DNA of 64,000 nt, taken from assembly GCA_037443265.1 (NCBI GenBank), contig JBBIOR010000004.1:25972-89971 (forward strand), read 5' to 3'. The DNA comes from Candidatus Fraserbacteria bacterium (lineage in GTDB: Bacteria > Bipolaricaulota > Bipolaricaulia > RBG-16-55-9). Positions 26,489-35,900 of the stretch are shown here, piece by piece. Made by a program: the position numbers and the translations under genes. The notes under the pieces were generated by a model. The model ran no database searches, was not told the DNA's origin, and worked only from the letters and a program-made list of their open reading frames with translations. How positions within the stretch are numbered: position 1 is the stretch's first letter; every line of letters begins with the position of its first letter.

Positions 26489-28090
26489 ATGGGGATGTGG
26501 ATCTATTATGTGCTGGCCGGGCTGGGCGCGTTGGCCCTGGGATATGGATTAGGCAGTTGGCGGGCCGCGCGCGCTCGAGTGGAGCAGCTCCGTCGCGCCG
26601 AAGAAGAGCGGGCCAAGCAGGAAGAACTTAAGCGCCATTGGCAGGAGCAACACCAGCGTTGGCAAGAGGCGGAAAGCCGTCTGAAGAAGCAGCTGGAAGA
26701 GGAGCGGACGAAGCAGGAGGAACTGAGGGCAGCCTTCCAACAGCAGGAGCGACGCCTACAAGAAGCGGAGCGCCGGATCAAGCACCGCGAGGAGAAGCTC
26801 GAGCAGCTGGAGGCGCGCGTGCTCCGTCGCGAGGAACGGCTGGAGGAGAAGGCGGCTGAGCTCCAGAGGATCGAGAAGGCGCTCCAAGAGGACCTCGAGA
26901 GGATCTCTCAGTTGATCTCCCAAGGGGAGGCGTTGCTGGCCGGGGAGCGGGCTCGACTGGAGGAGCTGGCCGGCCTCACAGAGGAGCAGGCCCGCGAGGA
27001 GCTGATGAGGCGGATCAGTGAAGAGGCCGAGCACTTCTTTGCCAAGAAGATTCGAGAGATCAAAGAGCGAGTGGAGGAGACAGCGGAGCGCGAAGCTCGG
27101 AAGATCATCGCCACAGCCATCCAGCGCTACGCGGCCGATGAGGTCGAGCACTCTACGGTCAGTTTCGTGCCGCTACCCGACAATGATTTCAAAGGGCGCG
27201 TGATCGGCCGCGATGGGCGCAATATTCGCACCTTTGAGGCCCTTACGGGAGTAGATGTGCTGGTGGATGACACGCCCGATACGGTGGTGCTTTCGTGTTT
27301 TAATCCCATTCGGCGGGAGATCGCGCGTCTGGCGATGAAGGACCTCATCGAAGACGGGCGGATCCACCCTAGCCGGATCCGCGAGCAAGTGAATCGGGCC
27401 AGGGAGCGGGTGGCCCAGCGCATCAAAGAGGAGGGTGAGCGAGCCGCCTTCGAGGCCGGCTTAGACGGCATTCATCCAGAGCTGGTAAAGCTTTTGGGCC
27501 GCTTGAAGTTCCGCACCAGCTATGGCCAGAACCAACTGCAGCACTCCTTGGAGGTGGCTTTCATCGCGGGGGCGCTGGCAGCGGAGCTGGGGATGGACCC
27601 CAAGCCCGCCCGGCGCGCCGGGCTGTTGCACGATATCGGAAAGGCCGTAGATCACAAGGTCGAGGGGCCCCACTCGCTCATCAGCGCGGAGCTGGCCTGG
27701 CGCTATCATGAGTCTGAGGAGATCGTGCATGCGATCGCCGCACACAATGAGGAGGTCGAGCCTCAAACGGTGCTGGCTGTGCTCCTTCAAGCAGCCGATA
27801 CGCTCTCGGCGGCTCGGCCGGGATCTCGACAAGAGACGTTTGAGGCCTACATCCAGCGCCTGACGGCCCTCGAAGAGCTCTGTCAGTCCTTCCCGGGCGT
27901 GGAGGAAGCGTATGCCATTCAAGCCGGCCGCGAAGTGCGCGTCATGGTCAAACCCGAAGAGATCAACGACGATCTGGCAGCCAAGCTCTCCTACGAGATC
28001 GCCCGGACGATTGAAGAAGAGCTCGATTATCCCGGTGAGATCAAGGTACAGGTGATCCGGAGCGTCCAGTTCACCGAGCGCGCTCGATAA
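26489..28090 (+). CDS. rny: Ribonuclease Y
   Basis: It has an N-terminal TM anchor, a long coiled coil, a KH domain (GRVIGRDGRNIRTFEALTG) and an HD domain (LLHDIGKAVDH). The product is 533 aa. Confidence 0.92.
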   Translation: MGMWIYYVLAGLGALALGYGLGSWRAARARVEQLRRAEEERAKQEELKRHWQEQHQRWQEAESRLKKQLEEERTKQEELRAAFQQQERRLQEAERRIKHREEKLEQLEARVLRREERLEEKAAELQRIEKALQEDLERISQLISQGEALLAGERARLEELAGLTEEQAREELMRRISEEAEHFFAKKIREIKERVEETAEREARKIIATAIQRYAADEVEHSTVSFVPLPDNDFKGRVIGRDGRNIRTFEALTGVDVLVDDTPDTVVLSCFNPIRREIARLAMKDLIEDGRIHPSRIREQVNRARERVAQRIKEEGERAAFEAGLDGIHPELVKLLGRLKFRTSYGQNQLQHSLEVAFIAGALAAELGMDPKPARRAGLLHDIGKAVDHKVEGPHSLISAELAWRYHESEEIVHAIAAHNEEVEPQTVLAVLLQAADTLSAARPGSRQETFEAYIQRLTALEELCQSFPGVEEAYAIQAGREVRVMVKPEEINDDLAAKLSYEIARTIEEELDYPGEIKVQVIRSVQFTERAR

Positions 28091-28108
28091 GGCCGGGAAA
28101 CAGTTCAG

Positions 28109-28137
28109 TTGTAGCTGCTGCCCTCTTGCGCTATACT
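28109..28137 (+). promoter_or_regulatory. Promoter TTGTAG-17-TATACT for spoVS
   Basis: TTGTAG is at 28109-28114 and TATACT at 28132-28137. The SD AAGGAGGGG precedes the ATG at 28165. Confidence 0.5.
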
Positions 28138-28164
28138 CGAAGCACCTAAGGAGGGGTTTTACCA

Positions 28165-28593
28165 ATGGGCATGCTCAAGATCTCAGCGCAGTCGAAGGCC
28201 ACAGCCGCGGCCGGCGCTCTGGCCAACACCATCCGCCAAGAAGGCCAAGCTGAACTTCAAGGGATCGGCCCGAAGGCCATCAATCAGGCGGTCAAGGCCA
28301 TTGCCATCGCCCGAAGATATCTGGCCTCCAGCGGCATTGATCTGGTCACGATCCCCTCCTTCGTGGACGTGGAGATCGAGGGCCAGACGCGCACGGCCGT
28401 GCGCTTTCTGGTAAAGCCTCGACATCTCTTGCAGGGCCCGGAGACGGAGCTTGCCGCGCGCCAGGAGGCGACTCCGGTCCGAGAATCTCCCTCCTTGGCC
28501 GAGGCCATCTCCGGCCGGTCGGCGATCGAGTCGCCTGCCCCCAATCCGAGCCCTCCTGAGAGTCACCTTGACAGAGAGGATGCCACGATCTAA
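28165..28593 (+). CDS. spoVS: SpoVS-family protein with a Pro/Ser-rich C-terminal extension
   Basis: Over the first ~90 aa it matches the SpoVS consensus (SAQSKATAAAGALANTIRQEGQAELQGIGPKAINQAVKAIAIARRYLASSGIDL). A ~50-aa low-complexity tail follows. Confidence 0.8.
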   Translation: MGMLKISAQSKATAAAGALANTIRQEGQAELQGIGPKAINQAVKAIAIARRYLASSGIDLVTIPSFVDVEIEGQTRTAVRFLVKPRHLLQGPETELAARQEATPVRESPSLAEAISGRSAIESPAPNPSPPESHLDREDATI

Positions 28594-28678
28594 ACTCGAT
28601 CCGTCACGTCCAGAGGCCTGGCGCCACATAGATCCGTTGCAGAGTGCCATCATACTGAGCTGAGGTGAGTGGAGTACC

Positions 28679-31600
28679 ATGCCACGAATACAGCAATTCT
28701 GGGTCAATTTCACCCTGTGGGCCGTGATCATTGGCTTCGTCATCGGCGGGATCATCTTCTTTACGCCTGGACTGCAACTCTTCAATATCAACTCGAATCC
28801 AGAGGAAGAAGTAGCCATTGTCGTCAACGGGCAGAAGATCACCCGTTCGGAGCTGGAGTTCGGCTATCAATCCCTCCTGCAGCAGTACCGTCAGCGGTAC
28901 CAGCAGATCGGGGGCAACTTCGATGAACAACTCGAAGGAGCCAGTGGAGCGTATTATCAGCTACAGTTGCGCTCCCAAGCGGCGGATGCGTTGATTCGCA
29001 CGACCCTCCTCCAACAAGAGGCCAATAGGCGGAACATCTCGATCCCTCGCACGCAAGTCGACATCAAATTCCGGGAGAGTTATGAGCAATTCTTAAGGGC
29101 CAATCAGGTCACAGAAGAGCGGTTGCTAGAGTTCCTCAAGGACCCGAGGATTCGCGAGCGATTCCGCCAGTTCTTCAATTTGAGAACGGGCACGCTCTCT
29201 GAGTTTAAAGACAAGCTCCGCACTGAGGCAGAAAAGGAGCTCAAGCAGCAGAAGCTCAAGGAGCTCGTCGTAGGCCAGATCGAGCCCAAGGATCAAGAGC
29301 TCTTGGACTACGTGGAGCGGAACAAGCAGCGCTACTTTACGCGCATTCTCGGGCCGTTTTTGCCCACCGAAGAGGAACTGAAAGACTACTTCGAGCGCCA
29401 CAAGGACGAGTACGCCAAGGAGGAAGTGAAGGCCAGTCACATTCTCATTCGAGTGGCGCCCGAGGCGCCTGAGGAGGAACGGGCTGCGGCCCAGAAGAGG
29501 ATCGAGCAGATCCAGAGGCAGCTCCAAGCCGGAGCGGATTTTGCAGAGCTGGCTCGGCAATACTCTGAAGACTTGGCCACGAAAGAGGTAGGTGGAGACC
29601 TCGGTTATTTCCAGAAGGGCCAGAGCCGCTATGGCGAGCAATTCGATGAGGCTGCCTTTGCGACGGACGTGGGCGGGCTGAGCGGGGTTGTGCGCTCCGA
29701 TGTGGGATTTCATCTCATCAAGGTGACGGATCGTCGCATCCGGGGCTTTGAGGACGTCAAGGAGCAAGTGAAGGGGGAGTTTATTAATGAGCAAGAGGAG
29801 CAGCGCTTCGAGGCGTGGCTCAAAGGCGCCCGCGAGCAGGGAACCTTCCCCCAGCTAGAGGAGGTCCACGCGCGACACATTCTGATCAAAGTGGCTCAGG
29901 ACGCCCCCGAGGAGGAGGTGCAGTCGGCCTCGCGCAAGATCGCTGAGATTCGTGCGGAGCTTCTGGCGGGAGCAGATTTCGCGGAGCTGGCGAAGAAATA
30001 CTCGGAAGATCTAGCCAACAAGGACCAGGGAGGAGACCTGGGCTGGTTCAGCCATGGGCGCATGGTGCCCGAGTTCGATCAGGCGGCCTTTGCCCTCCAA
30101 GAGGGGGAGATCTCGCAGCCGGTCCGCAGCCAGTTCGGGTTCCATTTGATTCAACTCCTCGAGCGGAGGAGGACGGACGACTTCAAGAACGAGATTCGCA
30201 CGGCTTATCTTCAGGAGGAGACGGAGAAGCGCTTCGAGGACTTTGTGAAGAAGACCACAGAGGCCGCGAAAATCGAAGTGCGCGAGCCGTTGCTTGCGGC
30301 CTATCGCCTGGAGGAGCGCGCCCGAGCCACAGACGACACAGACAAGAAGATTCAACTCTTCGATGAGGCCATAGCTTTGTACGGGGGCGCTCAACCAGAG
30401 CTGGTGACGGATCCCTATATCGGCTACTACCAGAGCCAGCTCTATCGCCAGAAGCTCAGCCAGCTGGAGGAGAAGTTCAAGGATTTGGGAGCTCAGGCCC
30501 CAGAGCAGGAGCGTCAGGTTCTCGAGCAGCAGATCGAGCAGGTCCGAGGGCAGGCCGTCCAAAGCTTTCTTAAAAGCACCTACGGAAAGCGCGATGCCTC
30601 TGCCTTCACCCAGATGCTGGAGATCGCTCCCAATAGCGCTGAACTGCGCTTCTACTATGCCCGCTATCTCATTGAACAGCAGGACAACGAAGACCAAGCC
30701 TATGAGCAACTCAAGAAGGCTGTGGAGATCGATCCTCAATACTGGCGGGCTCAAGAGCTGGCTGCGGACATTCAGGTCCTCCGCGGGCTGTATGCCTCGG
30801 CCATCGAGCATTTAAAGAGGGCCTTAGAGCTGGTGCCGGCCGGCTCTCGGGAAGAGCGCAATCTTCGCCTGAAGCTGGCTAAAGCCTTCTTTAACCAAGG
30901 GCGCCTCTTCGATCGCGAGGAGAATCTGGCCGAGGCAGAGAAGATTCTCATGCAGCTAAGGCAGGAGCTGGGAGAGACGGAGCCGCCTCTAGCGGACGTG
31001 CTGGCCGTCTTGGGCGATGTTTATATGGAGCGCGCCGAATTTCGCCAGGCTCAGACGGCCTATCGCGACTCGCTTAAAATCACAAACCGCACGGCCATCG
31101 AAATCAGACTCGGCCAGGCCTATCTAGCCGCCGGACAGCTGGATCAAGCGGAAAAGACTTTCCAGAATATCACGGCCCGCGATCCCTATGCCGTGGAGGC
31201 TCGCATCGGCTTGGGTGACGTCTACCGCGCCCAAGGTCAAGCGGACAAGGCTCTTGCGAGCTATCGCGACGTCTTAGATCTTGTCCCCAATACGGACGCG
31301 AAGCTGAGCGTCGCGAAGAAGATCTTGGAGCTCGATCCGCAGGATACAAAGACTCGCTTCCGGCTCGCGCAGCTCTATCTGGATCAGGGCAATTCCAAGA
31401 GTGCCATCGAGCAGTACCAGGCCATTTTGGCGCGCGATCCAGAGTCCTGGCAGGCCCAGAGGGGGCTAGGCGAGGCGTACTTTCTCCTGAAGGAGTACGG
31501 CCAGGCCAAAGATCACTACAAGTCTGCTCTTCTGCTTTCCCCGCCCAGCGAGCAGCAGATCCCACTCTATGAGAAAGTCCTTCAGGCGGATCAAGCGCTG

Positions 31601-32230
31601 GTCGGAAGGGAGGGCCCGCTCACCGACGACGGTAAAGACGCCTTGCTGAAGCTAGCGGAGCTTTACCTCAAACGGGGCAGCTCGGCCCAAGCCAAAGAGC
31701 AGCTGGAGAAGCTCAGGAAGGACTATCCCGATTTCCGGATGGAGAAGGTCGCGGAGCTCATGAGCCAGCTGGAGGGTAGCCGTGTAAAGCAGGATGAGCT
31801 GCCGGGCGAGCCCGTGGAGGACCAAGGCCGGCTGCATGTCCGGCCCGGCGAGACACATCCGTCATACAACAGCAAGCCCCCCACATCCGGCTGGCACTAC
31901 GACAACTCGGCCCCATGGGGCGTCCATAAAGCACCGATCCCGGATGAGCTTCAGATTCACAATCTGGAGCACGGCGGCGTGCTCGTTCAATACAGACCCA
32001 ACGCCCCGCAGGAGCTGGTCGCTCAGCTCACGTCCTTCGTGGAGAGGCTGCGCCAGCAGGCAAAATACTGCAAGCTCATCCTGGCCCCGTATCCCGAGCT
32101 GGACAAGCCCCTTGCGCTCACGGCCTGGACGCGGATCTTGAAGCTTGAGAGCTTCGATGAGGAGCGCATGCTCGGCTTCATCGATGCCTGGATCGAGAAG
32201 GGGCCGGAGAAGGGCATCCCCTGTCGCTAG
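28679..32230 (+). CDS. Membrane-anchored periplasmic chaperone-like protein: SurA/PpiD N-terminal domain + two parvulin PPIase domains + TPR repeats + C-terminal DUF3105-like domain
   Basis: The 1183-aa product has an N-terminal TM segment. Two parvulin domains are present (SHILIRV...GFHLIKV and ARHILIKV...GFHLIQL). A long TPR-like helical region spans ~aa 560-1000. The C-terminus (WHYDNSAPWGVHKAPIPDELQIHNLEHGGVLVQYRP...) resembles actinobacterial DUF3105. Confidence 0.65.
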   Translation: MPRIQQFWVNFTLWAVIIGFVIGGIIFFTPGLQLFNINSNPEEEVAIVVNGQKITRSELEFGYQSLLQQYRQRYQQIGGNFDEQLEGASGAYYQLQLRSQAADALIRTTLLQQEANRRNISIPRTQVDIKFRESYEQFLRANQVTEERLLEFLKDPRIRERFRQFFNLRTGTLSEFKDKLRTEAEKELKQQKLKELVVGQIEPKDQELLDYVERNKQRYFTRILGPFLPTEEELKDYFERHKDEYAKEEVKASHILIRVAPEAPEEERAAAQKRIEQIQRQLQAGADFAELARQYSEDLATKEVGGDLGYFQKGQSRYGEQFDEAAFATDVGGLSGVVRSDVGFHLIKVTDRRIRGFEDVKEQVKGEFINEQEEQRFEAWLKGAREQGTFPQLEEVHARHILIKVAQDAPEEEVQSASRKIAEIRAELLAGADFAELAKKYSEDLANKDQGGDLGWFSHGRMVPEFDQAAFALQEGEISQPVRSQFGFHLIQLLERRRTDDFKNEIRTAYLQEETEKRFEDFVKKTTEAAKIEVREPLLAAYRLEERARATDDTDKKIQLFDEAIALYGGAQPELVTDPYIGYYQSQLYRQKLSQLEEKFKDLGAQAPEQERQVLEQQIEQVRGQAVQSFLKSTYGKRDASAFTQMLEIAPNSAELRFYYARYLIEQQDNEDQAYEQLKKAVEIDPQYWRAQELAADIQVLRGLYASAIEHLKRALELVPAGSREERNLRLKLAKAFFNQGRLFDREENLAEAEKILMQLRQELGETEPPLADVLAVLGDVYMERAEFRQAQTAYRDSLKITNRTAIEIRLGQAYLAAGQLDQAEKTFQNITARDPYAVEARIGLGDVYRAQGQADKALASYRDVLDLVPNTDAKLSVAKKILELDPQDTKTRFRLAQLYLDQGNSKSAIEQYQAILARDPESWQAQRGLGEAYFLLKEYGQAKDHYKSALLLSPPSEQQIPLYEKVLQADQALVGREGPLTDDGKDALLKLAELYLKRGSSAQAKEQLEKLRKDYPDFRMEKVAELMSQLEGSRVKQDELPGEPVEDQGRLHVRPGETHPSYNSKPPTSGWHYDNSAPWGVHKAPIPDELQIHNLEHGGVLVQYRPNAPQELVAQLTSFVERLRQQAKYCKLILAPYPELDKPLALTAWTRILKLESFDEERMLGFIDAWIEKGPEKGIPCR

Positions 32231-32242
32231 GGAGACGCGTGC

Positions 32243-32248
32243 TATAAA
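32243..32248 (+). promoter_or_regulatory. -10 box TATAAA, 11 nt upstream of the ATG at 32260 (near-leaderless)
   Basis: The context is GCTATAAAGCGAGGCGAAGATGACGG. Confidence 0.35.
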
Positions 32249-32259
32249 GCGAGGCGAAG

Positions 32260-32514
32260 ATGACGGATGGCCATCGTCCTCCCCAGGATACTGTGGATCT
32301 TTACGTGGAGATGAACGAGAAGGACGTGCATTTTTTAGAGGTGATCATTAAGGGCTACGATGGCGTGGCGCATCTGCGCCGCGACTGGATCACGCAAGAG
32401 GGCCGTCGTTTCTTCAAGATCCTAGTTCCGCCCGATTTCCTCGATGAGGTGAGGCGCATCTTAGAAAACGCGCGAAAATACATCTGGTTGGGAGAGATCC
32501 GCACTGTGCTCTAG
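32260..32514 (+). CDS. Small conserved hypothetical protein (84 aa)
   Basis: The composition is protein-like (MTDGHRPPQDTVDLYVEMNEKDVHFLEVIIKGYDGVAHLRRDWITQEGRRFFKIL...) and GC3 is moderate. It sits 7 nt upstream of yqeG. Confidence 0.5.
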   Translation: MTDGHRPPQDTVDLYVEMNEKDVHFLEVIIKGYDGVAHLRRDWITQEGRRFFKILVPPDFLDEVRRILENARKYIWLGEIRTVL

Positions 32515-32521
32515 GGCCTCT

Positions 32522-33037
32522 ATGGCTGGGTGGCTCTTGCCGGATGAGCAGCGAGATTCCGTCTATGAGCTGGATCTCGATGGTCTTTGGACCCGCGGGA
32601 TTCGAGGGATCATCTTCGATCTGGACAACACGTTGGGGCCGTGGGGATTTCCCAAGCTGGATGGAGAGGTCCGTCGCTGGCTAAAGGGCGTGGAGGCTCG
32701 CGGGTTTCGCATCGGGTTCCTGAGCAATCATGAAGGAGACGGGCGAGAGGAGCTCTGGGTGAGTCTGAATAGGCATCCGGTCGTCTTCCGTGCGGCCAAG
32801 CCGCGTCTGGGCGGGTATCGGCGCATGCTCGAGGGGATGGGCCTTCCTCCGGAAGCCGTCGCCATGGTAGGAGATCAGCTCTTCACGGATATTTTAGGGG
32901 CCAAGCGACTGGGCCTGTACGCGATCTTGGTCCGGCCGGTCGCTCCAGAGCGCGAGGAGGGTTTTGCGCGGCTGCGCCGCTGGCTTGAGCGGCAGATCCT
33001 TCGACTGGCACGCCCAAGAGCTTCACGGAAGAATTGA
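32522..33037 (+). CDS. yqeG: YqeG-family HAD-IIIA phosphatase
   Basis: The HAD motifs are present (IIFDLDNTL, LSN, MVGDQLFTDI). Confidence 0.8.
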   Translation: MAGWLLPDEQRDSVYELDLDGLWTRGIRGIIFDLDNTLGPWGFPKLDGEVRRWLKGVEARGFRIGFLSNHEGDGREELWVSLNRHPVVFRAAKPRLGGYRRMLEGMGLPPEAVAMVGDQLFTDILGAKRLGLYAILVRPVAPEREEGFARLRRWLERQILRLARPRASRKN

Positions 33038-33043
33038 GGGCGC

Positions 33044-33073
33044 TTGACAACCCTGCCCGGGTGATCTTATGAT
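33044..33073 (+). promoter_or_regulatory. Promoter TTGACA-18-TATGAT of the cop operon
   Basis: TTGACA is at 33044-33049 and TATGAT at 33068-33073. A GC-rich pseudo-palindrome lies immediately downstream. Confidence 0.5.
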
Positions 33074-33077
33074 GGGC

Positions 33078-33100
33078 TAGCCCCACCCCGGGTGGGGTCG
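33078..33100. promoter_or_regulatory. Putative CsoR operator (TAGCCCCACCCCGGGTGGGGTCG)
   Basis: This is a GC-rich inverted repeat (CCCCACCC/GGGTGGGG) that overlaps the predicted TSS. It closely resembles published CsoR operators of the form ...CCCACCCCCAGTGGGGTGGG.... A csoR gene lies in the same cluster. Confidence 0.6.
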
Positions 33101-33131
33101 GATTAGACCTGAATAGGAGGCCAGGATCGCA

Positions 33132-33344
33132 ATGAGGCAGCGCACATTGAGGGTGAAGGGCATGAGTTGTGAGCACTGTGTCAAGACGGTCAAGACGGCT
33201 CTGGAGAGCGTGCCGGGTGTGGCCCAAGCTCAGGTGTCGCTCAGTGAGGGGACCGCGGCCGTTCAGCTCACCTTGGAGCAAGTCTCTTCGGAGCGGCTCA
33301 TTCAAGCCGTAAAAGACGCGGGCTATGAGGCTGAGGAAGCCTAA
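33132..33344 (+). CDS. copZ: Copper chaperone CopZ (HMA domain, MxCxxC)
   Basis: The 70-aa product has the motif GMSCEHCV and a ferredoxin-like HMA fold. Confidence 0.88.
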   Translation: MRQRTLRVKGMSCEHCVKTVKTALESVPGVAQAQVSLSEGTAAVQLTLEQVSSERLIQAVKDAGYEAEEA

Positions 33345-33347
33345 GAG

Positions 33348-35558
33348 ATGGCTGTAAAGACGCGCTCTCATCACGATCAGGAGCGGACGGAGCAGCAGAT
33401 CACCTTGCCCATTGAGGGGATGCACTGTGCTTCGTGTGTGGCCCGCGTAGAGCAGGCCTTAAAGGGCGTCCCCGGCGTGGTGGAGGCGTCTGTGAATTTC
33501 GCCTTGGAAGAGGCCTCGGTTCGCTTTGTGCCGGGGCAGGCCACCCCTCAGGCCCTTGTTCAAGCCGTGCGCAAAGCGGGCTACGACGTGCGCGAGGAGT
33601 CGCAAGAGCGCGCTGATGAGCATGCGCTCATTTTACGCAGGCGGCTGATCGCCGCAGCTCTTCTCACTACAGGTATTTTCATCTTGATGTATGCCGAGTG
33701 GCTTGGACTTTCGCCCATAATGCTTCTGCTCCAAGCCCTCTTGGCCACTCCGGTGCAGTTCTGGGCGGGCTGGCAGTTCTATCAGGGGGCTTGGGCAGCG
33801 GCCAAGAACGAGACGACGGATATGAACACGCTCATCGCGGTGGGCACCTCGGCGGCCTACTTCTACAGCCTTGGCGTTCTCCTGGCCGGGGGCCAAGACG
33901 TCTACTTCGACACGGCAGCAGCGATCATCACGCTCATTCTCTTGGGGCGTCTTCTGGAAGCGCGCGCCAAGGGCCGCGCCTCCGCGGCCATTAAGAGACT
34001 CCTGGGATTGCAGCCCCAGACGGCCCGGGTGCTTCGCAATGGCAACGAGTTGGACATCCCCGTGGCAGAGGTGCGCGTCGGGGATATTCTGCTCGTGCGT
34101 CCCGGCGAGAAGATCCCCGTGGATGGAGTGGTCGTCGAGGGAAGAAGCAGCGTGGATGAGTCGATGATCACAGGCGAGTCGCTGCCCGTCGAGAAGGGTC
34201 CCGGCGTAGAGGTCATCGGTGCAACCCTCAACAAGATGGGATCTTTCAAGATGAGAGCCACCAAAGTCGGCAAAGACACGGCGCTGGCACAGATCATAAG
34301 ACTGGTGGAAGAGGCTCAGGCCAGCAAGCCTCCGATTGCAAAACTGGTGGATGTCGTAGCCAGCTACTTTGTGCCCGCCGTGATTTTTGTCGCGCTTCTG
34401 GCGTTCTTTGGCTGGTCTTTTCTGGCGGGAGATCCTGTTCACGGGCTGCTCAGTGCCGTAGCCGTGCTGATCGTGGCCTGTCCGTGTGCCTTGGGGTTGG
34501 CTACTCCGACGAGCATTCTGGTAGGCACGGGCAGAGGCGCGGAGCACGGGATCTTCATCCGAAGCGGCCAGGCCCTGGAGCTCGCCCGCAAGCTCACCAC
34601 CGTGGTGCTCGATAAGACGGGCACGCTCACGGTTGGGAAACCCCGCGTAACCGATGTGATTACCCTGGATGCCCTCGATGAGGCCGAAGTGCTCGCTCTG
34701 GCTGCCTCAGCAGAGAAGGGCTCAGAGCATCCGCTGGCCGAGGCCATCGTGTCGATGGCCCGTGAGCGAGGACTCCCGCTCGATGAGCCCCAAGAGTTTC
34801 TAGCCATCCCCGGCCGAGGGATTCGAGTCTCCCTCAAGAGAGAGAGAGGAGAGCATCGGGAGGTGCTTTTGGGCAACGAGCTTCTCCTGCGGGAGGAAGG
34901 CATCTCGCTCGATGGCGTGCTCGATCATGTCGGGAGGCTTGCGGCCGAGGGCAAGACGCCCATGTTTGTGGCGGTGGACGGCCGGGCCGTCGGCGTGATC
35001 GCCGTAGCCGACACTCTCAAAGAAGAAGCGCGCGAGGCCGTCCAAGCTCTCAAAGCGCTGGGACTCGACATCGTCATGATCACGGGGGACCATCGCAGAA
35101 CGGCCGAGGCCATTGCCAGACAAGCAGGCATCTCACACGTACTGGCCGAAATTCTTCCCGAGGGGAAGGCAAAAGAGATCAAGAGATTGCAAGATCAGGG
35201 GAAGGTCGTGGCCATGGTGGGCGATGGGATCAACGATGCGCCCGCGCTCGCGCAAGCGGAGGTGGGCATCGCCATCGGGACGGGGACGGACGTGGCCATC
35301 GAGGCGGCAGACATCACCCTGGTGAGCGGAGATCTGCGCGGCGTGGTGACGGCCATAGCCCTCAGCCGCGCCACGATTCGCAATATCCAGCAGAATCTCT
35401 TCTGGGCGTTCATCTACAATGTCATTCTCATTCCTCTGGCGGCGTTTGGGCTGCTCAGTCCCATTCTGGCTGCTGCGGCCATGGGGCTCTCCAGCGTAAG
35501 CGTGGTCACCAATGCCCTACGGCTCAAGAGATTCCGTCCTTCGGTGGCCGTCTCCTAG
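33348..35558 (+). CDS. copA: Cu(I)-translocating P1B-1-type ATPase CopA
   Basis: There is an N-terminal HMA domain (GMHCASCV). CPC lies in TM6, with DKTGTLT and GDGINDAP present, and a TM8 MGLSS motif is typical of Cu+ pumps. Confidence 0.92.
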   Translation: MAVKTRSHHDQERTEQQITLPIEGMHCASCVARVEQALKGVPGVVEASVNFALEEASVRFVPGQATPQALVQAVRKAGYDVREESQERADEHALILRRRLIAAALLTTGIFILMYAEWLGLSPIMLLLQALLATPVQFWAGWQFYQGAWAAAKNETTDMNTLIAVGTSAAYFYSLGVLLAGGQDVYFDTAAAIITLILLGRLLEARAKGRASAAIKRLLGLQPQTARVLRNGNELDIPVAEVRVGDILLVRPGEKIPVDGVVVEGRSSVDESMITGESLPVEKGPGVEVIGATLNKMGSFKMRATKVGKDTALAQIIRLVEEAQASKPPIAKLVDVVASYFVPAVIFVALLAFFGWSFLAGDPVHGLLSAVAVLIVACPCALGLATPTSILVGTGRGAEHGIFIRSGQALELARKLTTVVLDKTGTLTVGKPRVTDVITLDALDEAEVLALAASAEKGSEHPLAEAIVSMARERGLPLDEPQEFLAIPGRGIRVSLKRERGEHREVLLGNELLLREEGISLDGVLDHVGRLAAEGKTPMFVAVDGRAVGVIAVADTLKEEAREAVQALKALGLDIVMITGDHRRTAEAIARQAGISHVLAEILPEGKAKEIKRLQDQGKVVAMVGDGINDAPALAQAEVGIAIGTGTDVAIEAADITLVSGDLRGVVTAIALSRATIRNIQQNLFWAFIYNVILIPLAAFGLLSPILAAAAMGLSSVSVVTNALRLKRFRPSVAVS

Positions 35559-35593
35559 ACAGAAGCCGCAATGCGAAAGGAAAGGAGAGGACA

Positions 35594-35887
35594 GTGAACC
35601 CTCACGGCGGGCTAGTGCATCTGCCGCAGCTCAAACGCGAAGCATTGGAAAGGATGCGCACGGTCAGCGGGCATGTGCAGGCCATCGAGAAGATGATCGC
35701 CGAAGAGCGCTATTGCGTGGATATTTTAAAACAGATCGCCGCCGTGCAGGCCTCGCTCTCCCAAGTCGCGCACCTACTCACGAAGGGGCACATGCACGCC
35801 TGCGTCACAGAGGCCATCGTCGAAGGCAAAGGCGAGGAGAAGATCGAAGAACTGATGGAAGTTCTCAAATACCTTAAGAGTTACTGA
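35594..35887 (+). CDS. csoR: Copper-sensing repressor CsoR
   Basis: The 97-aa CsoR/RcnR fold is present with the Cu(I) ligand fingerprint C (RYCVDIL) ... H-x3-C (KGHMHAC). The start is GTG. Confidence 0.85.
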   Translation: MNPHGGLVHLPQLKREALERMRTVSGHVQAIEKMIAEERYCVDILKQIAAVQASLSQVAHLLTKGHMHACVTEAIVEGKGEEKIEELMEVLKYLKSY

Positions 35888-35900
35888 CAACTGACTGCCC

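Noticed and set aside
26428-26631. 67-aa ORF beginning in the rny leader and overlapping the rny start in another frame
   Set aside because: It is Arg/Gly-rich with no recognisable family. It is probably non-coding leader sequence. The ATG 9 nt after the -10 box is noted but not called.
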